Shown: in pieces, positions 27,472-38,420 of the stretch
How positions within the stretch are numbered: the first letter of the stretch is position 1
Layout of the letters: every line of letters begins with the position of its first letter
Notes under the pieces: model-generated
What the model saw: the letters and a program-made list of their open reading frames with translations, nothing else
What the model was told of the DNA's origin: nothing
Database searches by the model: none
Assembly: GCA_964016885.1 (NCBI GenBank)
Contig: OZ024741.1
Coordinates: forward strand, 165,230,001 to 165,294,000
Reading direction: 5' to 3'
DNA length: 64,000 nt
From: Eledone cirrhosa
Lineage: Eukaryota
Made by a program: the position numbers and the translations under genes

Positions 27472-28119
27472 TTAAATATAAGTATGTATACGTACATACA
27501 TATATGTATACAGACGTACAGTAGTATGTATATATATATACATACATGCACACATATATATATGTACGCATGGATTCACCAAACATTTACTATAATGCTT
27601 GGTGTGTTTGTAAACAAACATCCTGTATTAAGCCGTAGTGTCCAGCAACCATCGTATACATACTTATATTTAAGTAACAGCCGTACTAAGAGTGAGAAAT
27701 GAAATTTCGTTTCATTTTTTCCGTTTATCGTTTTCGGTACCCCGGCCGATTAACTCACTCGATATGCAAATTAGGCTTCTCAGCCGTTAATCATCCGGCA
27801 GGAAGGTATACCTTGCTGACGATAGCTAATAAGCTTGAAACTAGTACAGCGTTCCCTTGTCAGTGTTGAACAAACGAGCAACGATGGTTGCTAGACACTA
27901 CGGCTTAATACGGGATGTTTGTTTACAAACACACCGAGCATTATAGTAAATGTGTGGTGAATCCATACGTACATATATATATGTGTGCATGTATGTATAT
28001 ATATATACATACTACTGTACGTCTGTATACATATATGTATGTACGTATACATAGTTATATTTAAGTAACAGCCGTACTAAGAGTGAGAAATGAAATTTCG
28101 TTTCATTTTTTCCGTTTAT
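27472..28119 (+). mobile_element. HHR-containing non-coding retroelement (inverted 5' arm plus 391-nt terminally redundant unit)
   Basis: 27472-27655 is the reverse complement of 27881-28064; 27655-27728 is directly repeated at 28046-28119; nested in a piggyBac-type MITE. Confidence 0.8.
27813..27849 (+). ncRNA. Minimal type I hammerhead ribozyme, complete core
   Basis: UUG-CUGACGA-U-AGC(UAAUAA)GCU-U-GAAAC-UA-GUA^-CAG; palindromic stem III ACUAGU; stem I UUG/CAG. Confidence 0.8.
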
Positions 28120-28329
28120 TTTAAACATGTTTAAGTAATGTTCCAGACAACAACTTACTCATGAAAACAGTTATTTTGTAAAAGTCTTCCAAAATGAATT
28201 GGAACGAACAGGCAGTGTATTTCATAAGAAATACGGTAACAAAAGGGTTAATGTGTAGAAGGAAGCATATTAGGGATATAGCCACACCCTGAGACTGATC
28301 AGACTTGATAGAATATTAAAGTGAATTCT

Positions 28330-29620
28330 ATAAACAATATAACAGTCTAATACAGAACTTTTCTTTTTCTGCACTTTTCAAAGTGTTTTCAGCATGTGTT
28401 TCTTGTTTATGTTTATATACTCTGCCATATAACCTAGCTCTAGTTTATCTAATATAATATTCTTTGTACTGTGGACAAGTAGAACAATCTATATGATTTC
28501 CAATTCACACTTGCATTAATTTTAAACATTTCGTCAGGTTTGTAAATAAGTTGTTTACCTGCATGTCCTACAATAAGGTAAACACACTTTCCAACCTGTG
28601 TTACTTCCCCTTCTGATGTAAATTTTGCTGTAGTTAAGAATTTCTTTAGATTGGGTGCTTGGCATCTCTTGTTAATTATCAGTAATTCGGTAAATAGTTC
28701 ATTCATTTTAGTGAACTGTTAAAAAATCGGGAGATATCTTTCAGTGGCATTCAGAATATTGTGGTTCCTCTTATGAATGATATCAAAAGGAATATTTGTA
28801 TGTTAATTTTCATTTTCTTGTGTTTATTTTCTTCTCAGTTCTGTAATTGGAATATTTTTGGTCTTGAAAATAGCTGTTTGGTAGGGTTAATAGGGTATTT
28901 TAGTCTTTTAAGAAACACTTTAAATTCTCATAATCCTTTTTCATGTAATGTTATATATTACTATGGTGCAAATTCATCTTGCCACACTTTTTATGTGAAG
29001 AATGGCAAGATCGAAAGTCCAAATATTAATATGTATCTGTTCCCTTACAATAAAGATCTGTTTTAATATTTTCCTCTTCTTGAGGGCGGTGGATTGGCAA
29101 TATCGGTGGAACATTGGACAACATGCTTTACGGCATAGAGTTACGGCCTTTACGATCTGAATTCAAATCCTGTTGAGATTAGTTTCGCCTTTCGTCCTTA
29201 TGGGATTAATAAAATAAAGTACCAGTAATGCACTGGGGTCGATTTATTCAACTTTCCCCTCCCCCCCAAATTGTTGGCCTTGTGCCTAAATCAGAAACCA
29301 ATATTTTCCTCTTCTTTCATAGCTAAAATGTCTACAAATGGCAGTTCCTCTGCATGTAATTTCATTGTAAATTTTATTGATTCATGTAACCAGTTAAAAA
29401 GGTAATGGAATTTTCTTGATATTTTTCATTTCTATTCCAAAAATAAAACGTTTGTTGAAACCCCATTTTCAGTTATTACTTATATAAATGGAAAATCCTG
29501 GTTAAATGTGTCCAGTAATTGAGAATATAGTTTATTTTTTTAATAAACCCATCACGCATATTGCATATATTGGGGCTACTTTGTGTCCATGGCAATACCA
29601 TATATTTGTGAGTACAAATT
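28330..29620 (-). mobile_element. Degenerate Penelope-like element (RT C-terminal half and GIY-YIG region), interrupted by a SINE
   Basis: GIAM(D)..KVAPIYAICVMGF near 29560-29600, ELPFVDI near 29330-29350, and INKRCQAPNLKKFLTTAKF followed by a decayed Cys linker. Confidence 0.7.
29084..29300 (+). mobile_element. SINE family 1 copy inserted in the PLE remnant
   Basis: TSD AATATTTTCCTCTTCTT at about 29065 and 29300. Confidence 0.85.
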
Positions 29621-29660
29621 AGTGGAAGAGGGGGGCGGGGGGTATGAGAGCACCCCCCCT

Positions 29661-29692
<32 letters not shown>

Positions 29693-29994
29693 TATAATAT
29701 ACATAGATAAATCAGAATTTTATCAATTTTAGATAAGTAAGACCATTATTCAGCAGAGTACTCGATATTTGGGATAGTAGAGTGTAAATATATTAGTGAG
29801 TCGGGACCGACTGTTGAGCTCTTACTGTTTCAACAGAAAATTCCAGTCTAGACTTTGCTGTCAAAACAGCAAGAGCTCACCAACCGGGCCCTAACTCTCT
29901 AATATATATATAAAGTAAACAGAAATAACCACACAATCGGTACAGTATATGGAAGGAATATATTAGGTTAACACTTGAAATAGCAGGAAGAGCA

Positions 29995-30030
29995 TCTTAA
30001 CGTTTCGGATGCTATTCCTTCATCAGAAGA
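29995..30030 (-). ncRNA. Minimal type I hammerhead ribozyme, complete core
   Basis: UCUU-CUGAUGA-A-GGA(AUAGCA)UCC-GAAAC-GUU^-AAGA; palindromic AACGUU stem III, the dimer-type form described for PLEs. Confidence 0.8.
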
Positions 30031-30263
30031 AAGAATGAGAAATAAGATAGATTGAAAGGAAGGGCGGGGTGGAATTGGAAAAAATGTCTTTAGATAAAAA
30101 TAACAGGTCCATTCATGTTGACATCATATATATATATATATATATATATATCCAGGGAGTGTAACTTGGAGTTACTGTAGGTTCACCCGGGTGAGCACTC
30201 AATGTTTAGGTTCACTTCAGTATCGAGGTGTAGAGCTATACAGAGTGTATTATAGTTAAATAA

Positions 30264-30450
30264 GGGCGGTGGATTGGCAGTATCGGTAGAGGGTCGGACG
30301 CCATGCTTTCCAGCATGGTTACGTCCCTTTACGATCTGAGTTCAAATCCCGCCGAGGTTGACTTTGCCTTTCATCCTTACGGGGTCGATAAAATAAAGTA
30401 CCAGTAATGCACTGGGTAATTGCTGGCCTTGTGCCTAAAGTAGAAACAAT
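30264..30450 (+). mobile_element. tRNA-derived SINE family 1 (about 190-215 bp), representative copy with 17-bp TSD
   Basis: A-box-like TGGCAGTATCGG, B-box GTTCAAATCC, central TTTGCCTTTCATCCTTACGGGGTCGATAAAATAAAGTACCAG; TSD ATTATAGTTAAATAAGG at 30249-30265 and 30449-30465. Confidence 0.9.
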
Positions 30451-30492
30451 TATAGTTAAATAAGGTAACAAGGACGATCGGTTACTCCTTCA

Positions 30493-30592
30493 TTACGTTG
30501 GTGACACGCGTTTCGCCACTGATCAGCTCAAGGTTTGATCTGTATCGATCTGACCTGACTCTGTAATCCACAGCTCGTCAGGCCCCTTGTAA
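30493..30592 (-). ncRNA. Type I hammerhead ribozyme in the PLE pseudo-LTR; mutated inverted copy at 31972-32070 (+)
   Basis: GGC-CUGACGA-GC...(long stem II)...GC-GAAAC-GCGU-GUC^-ACC; the first stem I pair is C-A. The plus copy has CUGACAA. Confidence 0.7.
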
Positions 30593-30969
30593 TGTTAATG
30601 GAAGAATGAATACATGCTGTATGATAAAGTCAGAAGTTCCAATGGTGGTCAGTAAAGATTGTTTTGATTGGTGGATTAGTTCATAGGGATGTTTTTGCCT
30701 GTAGTGTATGTGGGGTGGGGTTGAAAAGTTTGTGGTTTCGATCGCAGGTTGAAGTGGGCGGTGGTGTGGGGGTGTTGGCTGTTGGTAGACAGTTTGGCAT
30801 GTACATGTGGCTGATTTTTGTGGGTATGGTGTTGTTGTTTGTGATAAAGATGAAAAATTGCGGTGTTTATGGAGGTGTCATGATTGTGTTCGTAGTTTCA
30901 TTTCCATAAGGAGATACATACATAGACACACTAAGTCTGACAAATACGTAGTATAGATACACATGTGCG

Positions 30970-31004
<35 letters not shown>

Positions 31005-32283
31005 CCAGTGGAGATGGCGTTCGTACAGATATATCTACACACAGACACACACACACACACGTGTTGTTTAAGGAGGGATGATATGTGTTGGTGATGTTGA
31101 TGGTTGTGTAAGTATGGCGATGAGTCTGGTGGTGGCGGTGGTTGCGACATGATATTTGCAGGGTCGAATTTTACGAAGGATTACAAGTTAAAAAGTGACA
31201 TAGGGAACATGGGGTACTGGACTAAGGGGTGGTGGACGTATGGCGATGTGTTTGGTGGTGGTGGTGGTGGTGGGGATGATTTGTTCGACATCATATTTAC
31301 AGGATCGGATTTTACGATTGGTTACAAGTTAATACCTGACAGAGAAGACACATAGAACACAATAGTATTGAGATGAGGGATGTATGGCGAAGTGTTTGTT
31401 GGTGGTGTTGGGGGTGGGGGGTGAAGGGTGCAACATGATATTTACAAGATATGATCTTACCATGAGTTACATATTATAGAAGACAAATGTGGAAAAGCAA
31501 AGTTGGTTATCCCTATGTTGGGTCAGGGCTATTGTTTGGCCCTCGGCCGAATGTTTGTGCAGTGGTCATTCTGGTGTGGCTGCAGTTTATAATAATGTCA
31601 GATTTAGAGTTTATGGCCGATTTCAATTTAATGATCTCAGCCGCTTCGGCCAGGCATAACCTGCAGTGGTTTTTGACGTTGGGGAAATGGGGCACATGTC
31701 TTTTAACTGACCACTTGATTTGGTATTCCAAGTTCTTGTCTTTGAGGTTCCAGATCAAGTCTGCCAGTCTTGTTTGGGATCGTTTGGGCCTTGTTTGAAG
31801 GGGCTTTCGTGGTTATAGCAGCATTCCTTAAACTTTTCACCACACCCACCCCCACATACACTACAGGCAAAAACATCCCTATGAACTAATCCACCAATCA
31901 AAACAAACTTTACTGACCACCATTGGAACTTCTGACTTTATCATACAGCATGTATTCATTCTTCCATTAAGATTACAAGGGGCCTGACAAGCCGCGGATT
32001 ACAGAGTCGGGTCAGATCGATACAGATCAAACCTTGAGTTGGTCAGTGGCGAAACGGGCGTCACCAACCAATAAATGTGATGAAGGAGTAACCAATCGTC
32101 CTTGTTATCTTATTTAACTATATATATATATGAGGTTATAGTGTAATAGTTCATTATTTTCATTGGTAAGATGAGTTAAGCTCAATGCACATTTTATCCT
32201 TCTTTCTTCAGGAACGAATGGTTATAGTAGCCAAGCATTTACAATTCAAAATTCAAATTATTTATACATCATAGGTTGTATAA

Positions 32284-34313
32284 TTGAAGGTAGTATAATA
32301 AGTAAGGCAATCACAGATATGAAGACGGGTAAGGCGTCTAGGCCTTCGGAAATAGTTGCTGAAATGCTGAAAGCATCTGGAACAGTGGGACACACTATGG
32401 TCACCCGGATAGTAAACCAAGTCATACAGAATGGGGTCATGCCAAAAAACTGCATCATTAACTGCTTCAAGGGTAAAGGAGATGCCCTAGATAGGGGTAA
32501 CTATAGAAGCATTAAATTAATTGACCAGGTCATGAAGGTCACAGAAAAAGTAATAGCGCAACTAATCAGATAACGAATTGATCTCGATGAAATGCAGTTC
32601 AGGTTTGTGTCAGGTAAAAGTACCACAGATGTTCTTTTCATTGTACGACAACTACAGGAGAAGTACCTAGCTAAAAGTAAACCCCTATACTTAGCTTTGT
32701 TGACTTGGAGAATGCCTTTGACAGAGTCCCCTGTTCCATTATCTGGTGGGCTCTTAGAAAACTAGGTGTTGATGAATGGCTTGTGAGAGCTATACAAGCC
32801 ATGTATAAAGAAACAGTCAGCAAGGTTAGAATTAACAACGAATATAGTGAAAAGTTTAGCGTAAAAGTTGGTGTTCATCAGGGCTCCATTCTTAGCCCCC
32901 TACTATTTATTATTGCCCTTCAGGCTATAGCAGAGAAGTTCAAGACCGGTTGCCCATGGGAACTCCTATACGCAGATGATCTAACGCTCATAGCTGAATC
33001 AATGGCTGAACTAGAGAAGAAATTCCAAACATGGAAGCATGGCCTAGAATCAAAAGGTCTTAAAATTAACTTGTCTAAGACTAAAGTTCTAGTTTGTAGG
33101 AAGGAAAATAGGGCACCGGTCCTATATGAGAAATGGTCATGCTCAGTGTGTAGGAAAGGAGTAGGCAGAAACTCCATTTTATGTCCAAAATGCAAAGTAT
33201 GGGTGCAAAGATGTAGTGGGATCACAGGTAAGCTAACTAAGAATATAGATTTTATATGTGGCCGGTGCTCAGGTGCAATAAGTAGCAGCAAGTACCCACA
33301 GAATACTAGCTCATTCCATTGCACAGATGGTTTTATAGAAATAGTGGACACCTTCCGTTACCTGGGTGACAAAATCAGCAGTGGTGGAGGGTGCTCTGAA
33401 AGTACAGTAGCTAGAGTCAGAACGAGATGGAAAAAGTTCAGAGAGCTTATACCACTATTGGCCGCTAAAGGGTTCTCTCTAAAAATGAAAGGCAGGTTGT
33501 ATGATGCCTGCATACGAACAGCAATGTTACATGGCAGTGAGACTTGGGCATTGTGTGCAGAGGATATATGCAGACTAGAGAGGAACGAAGCTTGCATGCT
33601 CCGCTGGATGTGTAATAGTAATATACGTGAATGGCAAAGCATAAATGAACTAAAGGAGAAATTAGGAATAAGAGGGATCAGATGCTGTTTACTCGAGAGA
33701 AGACTACGTTGGTACGGTCACGTGATGCGCATGAAAGACGACAGCTGTATAAAAAAGTGCAGGGCAATAAAAATAGACGGTAGCCACGGAGTAGGCAGAC
33801 CCAGAAAAACCTGGGACGTCTTGATAAATTCCAACCTCACACACTTACACCTCTCCAAGACAATGTCACTTGACCGAGATCTTTGGCGCTACACAGTAAT
33901 ACAGAAGACCCGCCTTGCCTAAGTACAAAGCGAAACCTACAGTCAGTAGGCACCTCTAACAAAAATACACCCCCGTCCCACTACCCCCACCTCATCCACA
34001 CCACCCCTTTCAATGTAAAGTTATGTTGGTACCACAGCATCCAGCCCGAAACAAATGAGGCCGTGTAGGTGTCATGACAAAAAAACACACAGTCCACGCT
34101 GTAATGTGGCCGTGTAGGCAACACGGTAAAAACCTCCCAGCCCCACACTGTAAACATGGTTGGTGTTAGGAAGGGCATCCAGCCATAGAAAACCCACCAG
34201 ACAGTCCTATACGAGTTAGACAACCAATCTTGCCTCAAGGGGGAAAATTCCCGTCCAAACCCATGCTAGCATGGTAGATGGACGTTAAACGATGATGATG
34301 ATGATGATGATGA
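32284..34313 (+). mobile_element. RTE LINE family A, 5'-truncated
   Basis: ORFs 32319-32573 and 32705-33922 are highly similar to the other family A copies; same 3'UTR and GAT tail. Confidence 0.95.
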
Positions 34314-34979
34314 TCACTACGGTCATTGGTAAGATGATAATATCTGTTTTTTCTCCATAATTGATGAAATACACTAGCCACATTGAAATGACCGTAGATG
34401 TATAATAAATAATAATAATACTAATCCTTGTCTTATTGAATTTTGAATTATATATATACATAGTTACTGTTTGTTTCATCATCATCATCATTGTTTTAAG
34501 TCCATTCTTCTACGCTAACATGAGTTAGTTGAAATATCCTGTTGTGGGCAATGCCAGGTCAGGTGACCTTGTCTTGCTCATACAGAATTGATTTTGGCTT
34601 GATTTCTAAAGCTGGATGCCCTTCTTAACACCAACTTCATTTACAGTGAGTACTGGGTACTTTTTACTGATTGCCTCCACGACCACTTAATAGTGCGGAC
34701 TGGGTGCTGTTTTGTTGTGACACCTACATGACCACTTTACAGTGGGAGGGGGTGGGGGCATGCTGTCTATATGCTTCAGCTTCATCTTTGGCTTGTACCT
34801 GTGGGAAGTCGGGTCTTCTGTATTACTGCGTAACACCAGAGGCCTCATCAATAAAATAAATACCAGATTTGAAAAAATAAGTACAGGGGTTGGCATGATT
34901 GACTAAATTATTCCCAGGTGCTGCCCCATCATGGTTGCCATCTAATGACTAAAACCAATAACAGAGTAAAACATTATAA

Positions 34980-35620
34980 GTCGAGGATTTCAAGTATCTT
35001 GGTTCCTGGATCATGGATTCTGAGAAGGATTTCGCCACCAGAAAGACCCAAGCATGGTCAGCTTGCAACAAGATGGATCAAGTTTGGCTCTCAAATCTTG
35101 CCAACCACACCAAGATCAGACTCTTCCAAGTAACAATTTAACCAATCTTGCTCTATGGAAGTGAAACATGAATGCTTTCATCCAAACACCAAAAGTGCCT
35201 TGATGACACTTACACTCGCCTGCTTCAACACATTCATTTTACTGATGTTTGTGCATTGCCCTATGTACTGTACATGCACTTTTTTGATGAGTTGTGGTGC
35301 ACCTGGGCACTGTACACAATATTTCATTATTGTTATTATTATTATATCATGACTCATACACTGTTCATTTTCCTGACATTTGTACATTATTCTATGTACT
35401 AAACATGCACATTTGATGAGTTGTAGTGCACCTGAGCACTGTACACAATAATTTCATTATCATTATCATATCATAAGCTGGCGACATCTGCCTTTGAGAG
35501 AGATATATGCCAGCCTCCCACACATATCTGTCATTGTACATAAGAGGAGAGTAAGATTTGCTGGCCACTGCCACGTGCCACCTATGAGACTGAGTCCTCA
35601 TTAGTGCTTTGGAAACCATT
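34980..35620 (+). mobile_element. LINE RT-thumb fragment (RTE-X-like) interrupted by CR1-type 3' ends at about 35232-35472
   Basis: VEDFKYLGSWI...PILLYGSET*...LDDTYTRLL resumes after the insertion as SWRHLPLREIYASLPHISVIVHKRRVRFAGHC. Confidence 0.75.
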
Positions 35621-36611
35621 TCCATAGTTGGTTCCATAAATTTGTTTATTGGTAAAGAATGGAAATAAGCAAATAAGAGAGGTGCTGAATTATATTGATG
35701 GTATTGAAGAAAATAGAACAATTATCCTGAAAATGATTATTGATTGCAACAACAAGCTAAGTATATCAATAAACCAATCAATAGCTCATAGCTTCATAGC
35801 TAAATTTAACTGAGTATTATATATGATGTTTGTTGATCATTGACAGAGAAGAACAAATAACAGTTCGACACTTTGAGATGTGAAGAAATCTTAATAGAAT
35901 TATATCAACACACAGAGACACACAGACGCACACACATACATAATATATATATAGAGAAAAAGATAGGAAGAAAGAGAGAGAGGAAGAGAGAGAAACAATG
36001 GTTTTCTTTAGAGAGAAGGAACAAGATCAAAGTTGAATAAGGTACTCAATACATTATGTAGAGGGGGCACATAACTCATTTCAGATGGAAAGTAGAGCAT
36101 CATTTGATTGAAATAATCAGGAAAGTCCCTGAATGAAATCACTCTAGGCCTGTAGAAGTAATTTCCATCTGAAATATATATATATATAAGCATGTTGTTA
36201 TGTGATTGCTTGATGACGGTCGGAGGGGGGGGGGGGTCTCACACATGGCCACACTAGCCACCCAACTACCATGTGCAGCCCTAACATGGTTAGTGTTATT
36301 GCTGTTTACGCAGTTATTGCGATACTTATTTGTTGTACTCATAATTTTCGGCATTAATCTACTGGTCGGATGCCCTTCCTAACACCAGCACCACTTTACA
36401 GCATTGATTGGGTGATAAGAAGGGCATTCAGGATCAGAAAGCTTGCTGAACAAAGGGATTGGGAGGACCTTTGTGTGTGAGGGATGACAAGATGATCCTG
36501 CAAGTGTGTAGATGAAACTCCAGAGTAAAAAGACTCACTATTTAGCAATAATAAATGAATATTTAAACACTGTAGCTAGGACCATATGGTGGGCCTGCCG
36601 TCGACCGTGTT

Positions 36612-37745
36612 TGCCATGTGGGGCTGAGTAGTCAACATGGGTCTGTTGTCGTACATTGTAGTGCCAGAGGACTTGGTCCTGTGTCATCCTCATTGGGAGA
36701 TTCAGTTGAGTTAGGTCTGCCTTTATCATTTCATTTCCCATCTTCCTGGGGCTTCCTCTTTTGGGGCATCCTGCAACCTTTAAAGCCCTGCACCTCTTTA
36801 AACAGCTCTCATCCTTCATACACATTACATGGCCATACCACTGCAGTCTTCTCTCCTGCACATAGCATTTGATCAATCTTATGCCTAGTTTTGCCCTTCA
36901 TACATTTACATTTTGCTGTTCATGAACACTTCTGTTATATATCCAGCTGATTATGCAGGCTTTGTTTCTTTCCAATGTCTATAGATCGTCGGTATGCAGA
37001 GCCCATGTTTCACTTCTCTGTAGCATTTCTGAACACATATAGGCATTGTACAGCTTGCCTTTTATCTTGAGTGACAGACCTTTTGTAGTTAGCAGTGGCA
37101 GCAGCAACTTGAACTCTTTCCATCCCGTTCTTACTCTTACAACTCTGATTTCTGCACATCCACCTCCGCAGCTGCTTTGGTCACCCAGATAGCAGAAGCT
37201 GTCAACTATTTCTATAGGGTATTCTGTGCAATTGAAGAAGCATGCTACCTGGGGGTCTTTTCTTATTACAACTGTGTAGGGTCCACATATAAAGTCCATG
37301 TTTTTTTACTAGCATGCCTGTTTCCCACTACATCTGTTATGTACCCACTGTTTGCATTTGGGACACTGGATTGAGTTTTTGCCTTCTCCTTTCCTGCATA
37401 CCAAAGAGGGCCATTTCCTGGAGGGTATCAGAGCCCTGTTTCCTTTTCTGCACACAAGGATGTTGGTCTTAGCCAGGTTGACTTTGAGGCTTTTTATTTC
37501 CAAGTTGTACTTCCATGTCCGAATTTTCTTCTCTAATTCTGTCATAGACTCAGCTACGAGGGTCAGATCATCAGGTATATAGGAATTCCCATGGACAACC
37601 AGCCTTAAACTCTTCTTTTATAGCCTGCAGGACAATAATGAACAGGAGGAGGCTGAGGATGGAGCCCTGGTGGAACCCCACCAGCATGCTTAATTCCTCA
37701 CTATTATCATTGTTAATTTTGACTTTGCTGGTTGCCCTCCGTATA
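36612..37745 (-). mobile_element. Old degenerate RTE LINE
   Basis: Broken ORFs with GFHQGSILS, NLAKTNILVC, YLGD, SETW and RRLQWYGH. Confidence 0.9.
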
Positions 37746-38420
37746 TGGCTTTTACTGCCCTCACATATATAAATACATATACGTATCATCATCATCATCA
37801 TTTCATTTTACGTCCACTTTTCCCTGCTTGCAAGGGTGGGACAGGAACTGATTCTGGCTTGATTTTTACAGCTGGATGCCTTTCCTAACACCAACCTCAT
37901 TTACAGTGAGTGCTGGGTGCTTTTTTGCCGTGGCACCTCCATGACCACTTTGCAGTGGAATGATAGGGACTGGGGTCCCTATCATCTCATTTCTATACCT
38001 GAGTAAACTGGAGCAATGTGAAATAAAGTGTCTTGCTCAAGGAAACAACACATTGCCCGGTCTGAGAATTGAACTCACAATCTTTCGATTGCAAGGCTAA
38101 TTCTCAATATATATATATATACACATATACACACATATACATACATATACTATATATATATACACATATACGTATATATATATATATATACACATATACA
38201 TACATATAGGTATATATATATATTCACATATACATACATATACATACACATATACACACATATACATACACATATACATACATATACATAAATATATATA
38301 TACATATATATATATACACATACGTATATATTTACACACACATATATATATATATATATATACACATACGTATATATTTACACACATATATATATATATA
38401 TACACACACAAAAAAAAAAA

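Larger units (their letters stand above)
30151..32121 (-). mobile_element. 5'-truncated Penelope-like element with inverted pseudo-LTR
   Basis: Minus ORF IWNLKDKNLEYQIKWSV...CRLCLAE...INSKSDIIINCSH resembles a PLE GIY-YIG endonuclease C-terminus; inverted repeats of about 270 bp at 30449-30720 and 31850-32121 each hold an HHR motif; a tail of about 100 nt ends in (TA)n; a SINE is inserted at 30264-30450. Confidence 0.85.

Noticed and set aside
30264-30350. tRNA genes at SINE heads
   Set aside because: A and B boxes are present but there is no full cloverleaf; they are SINE heads with TSDs.
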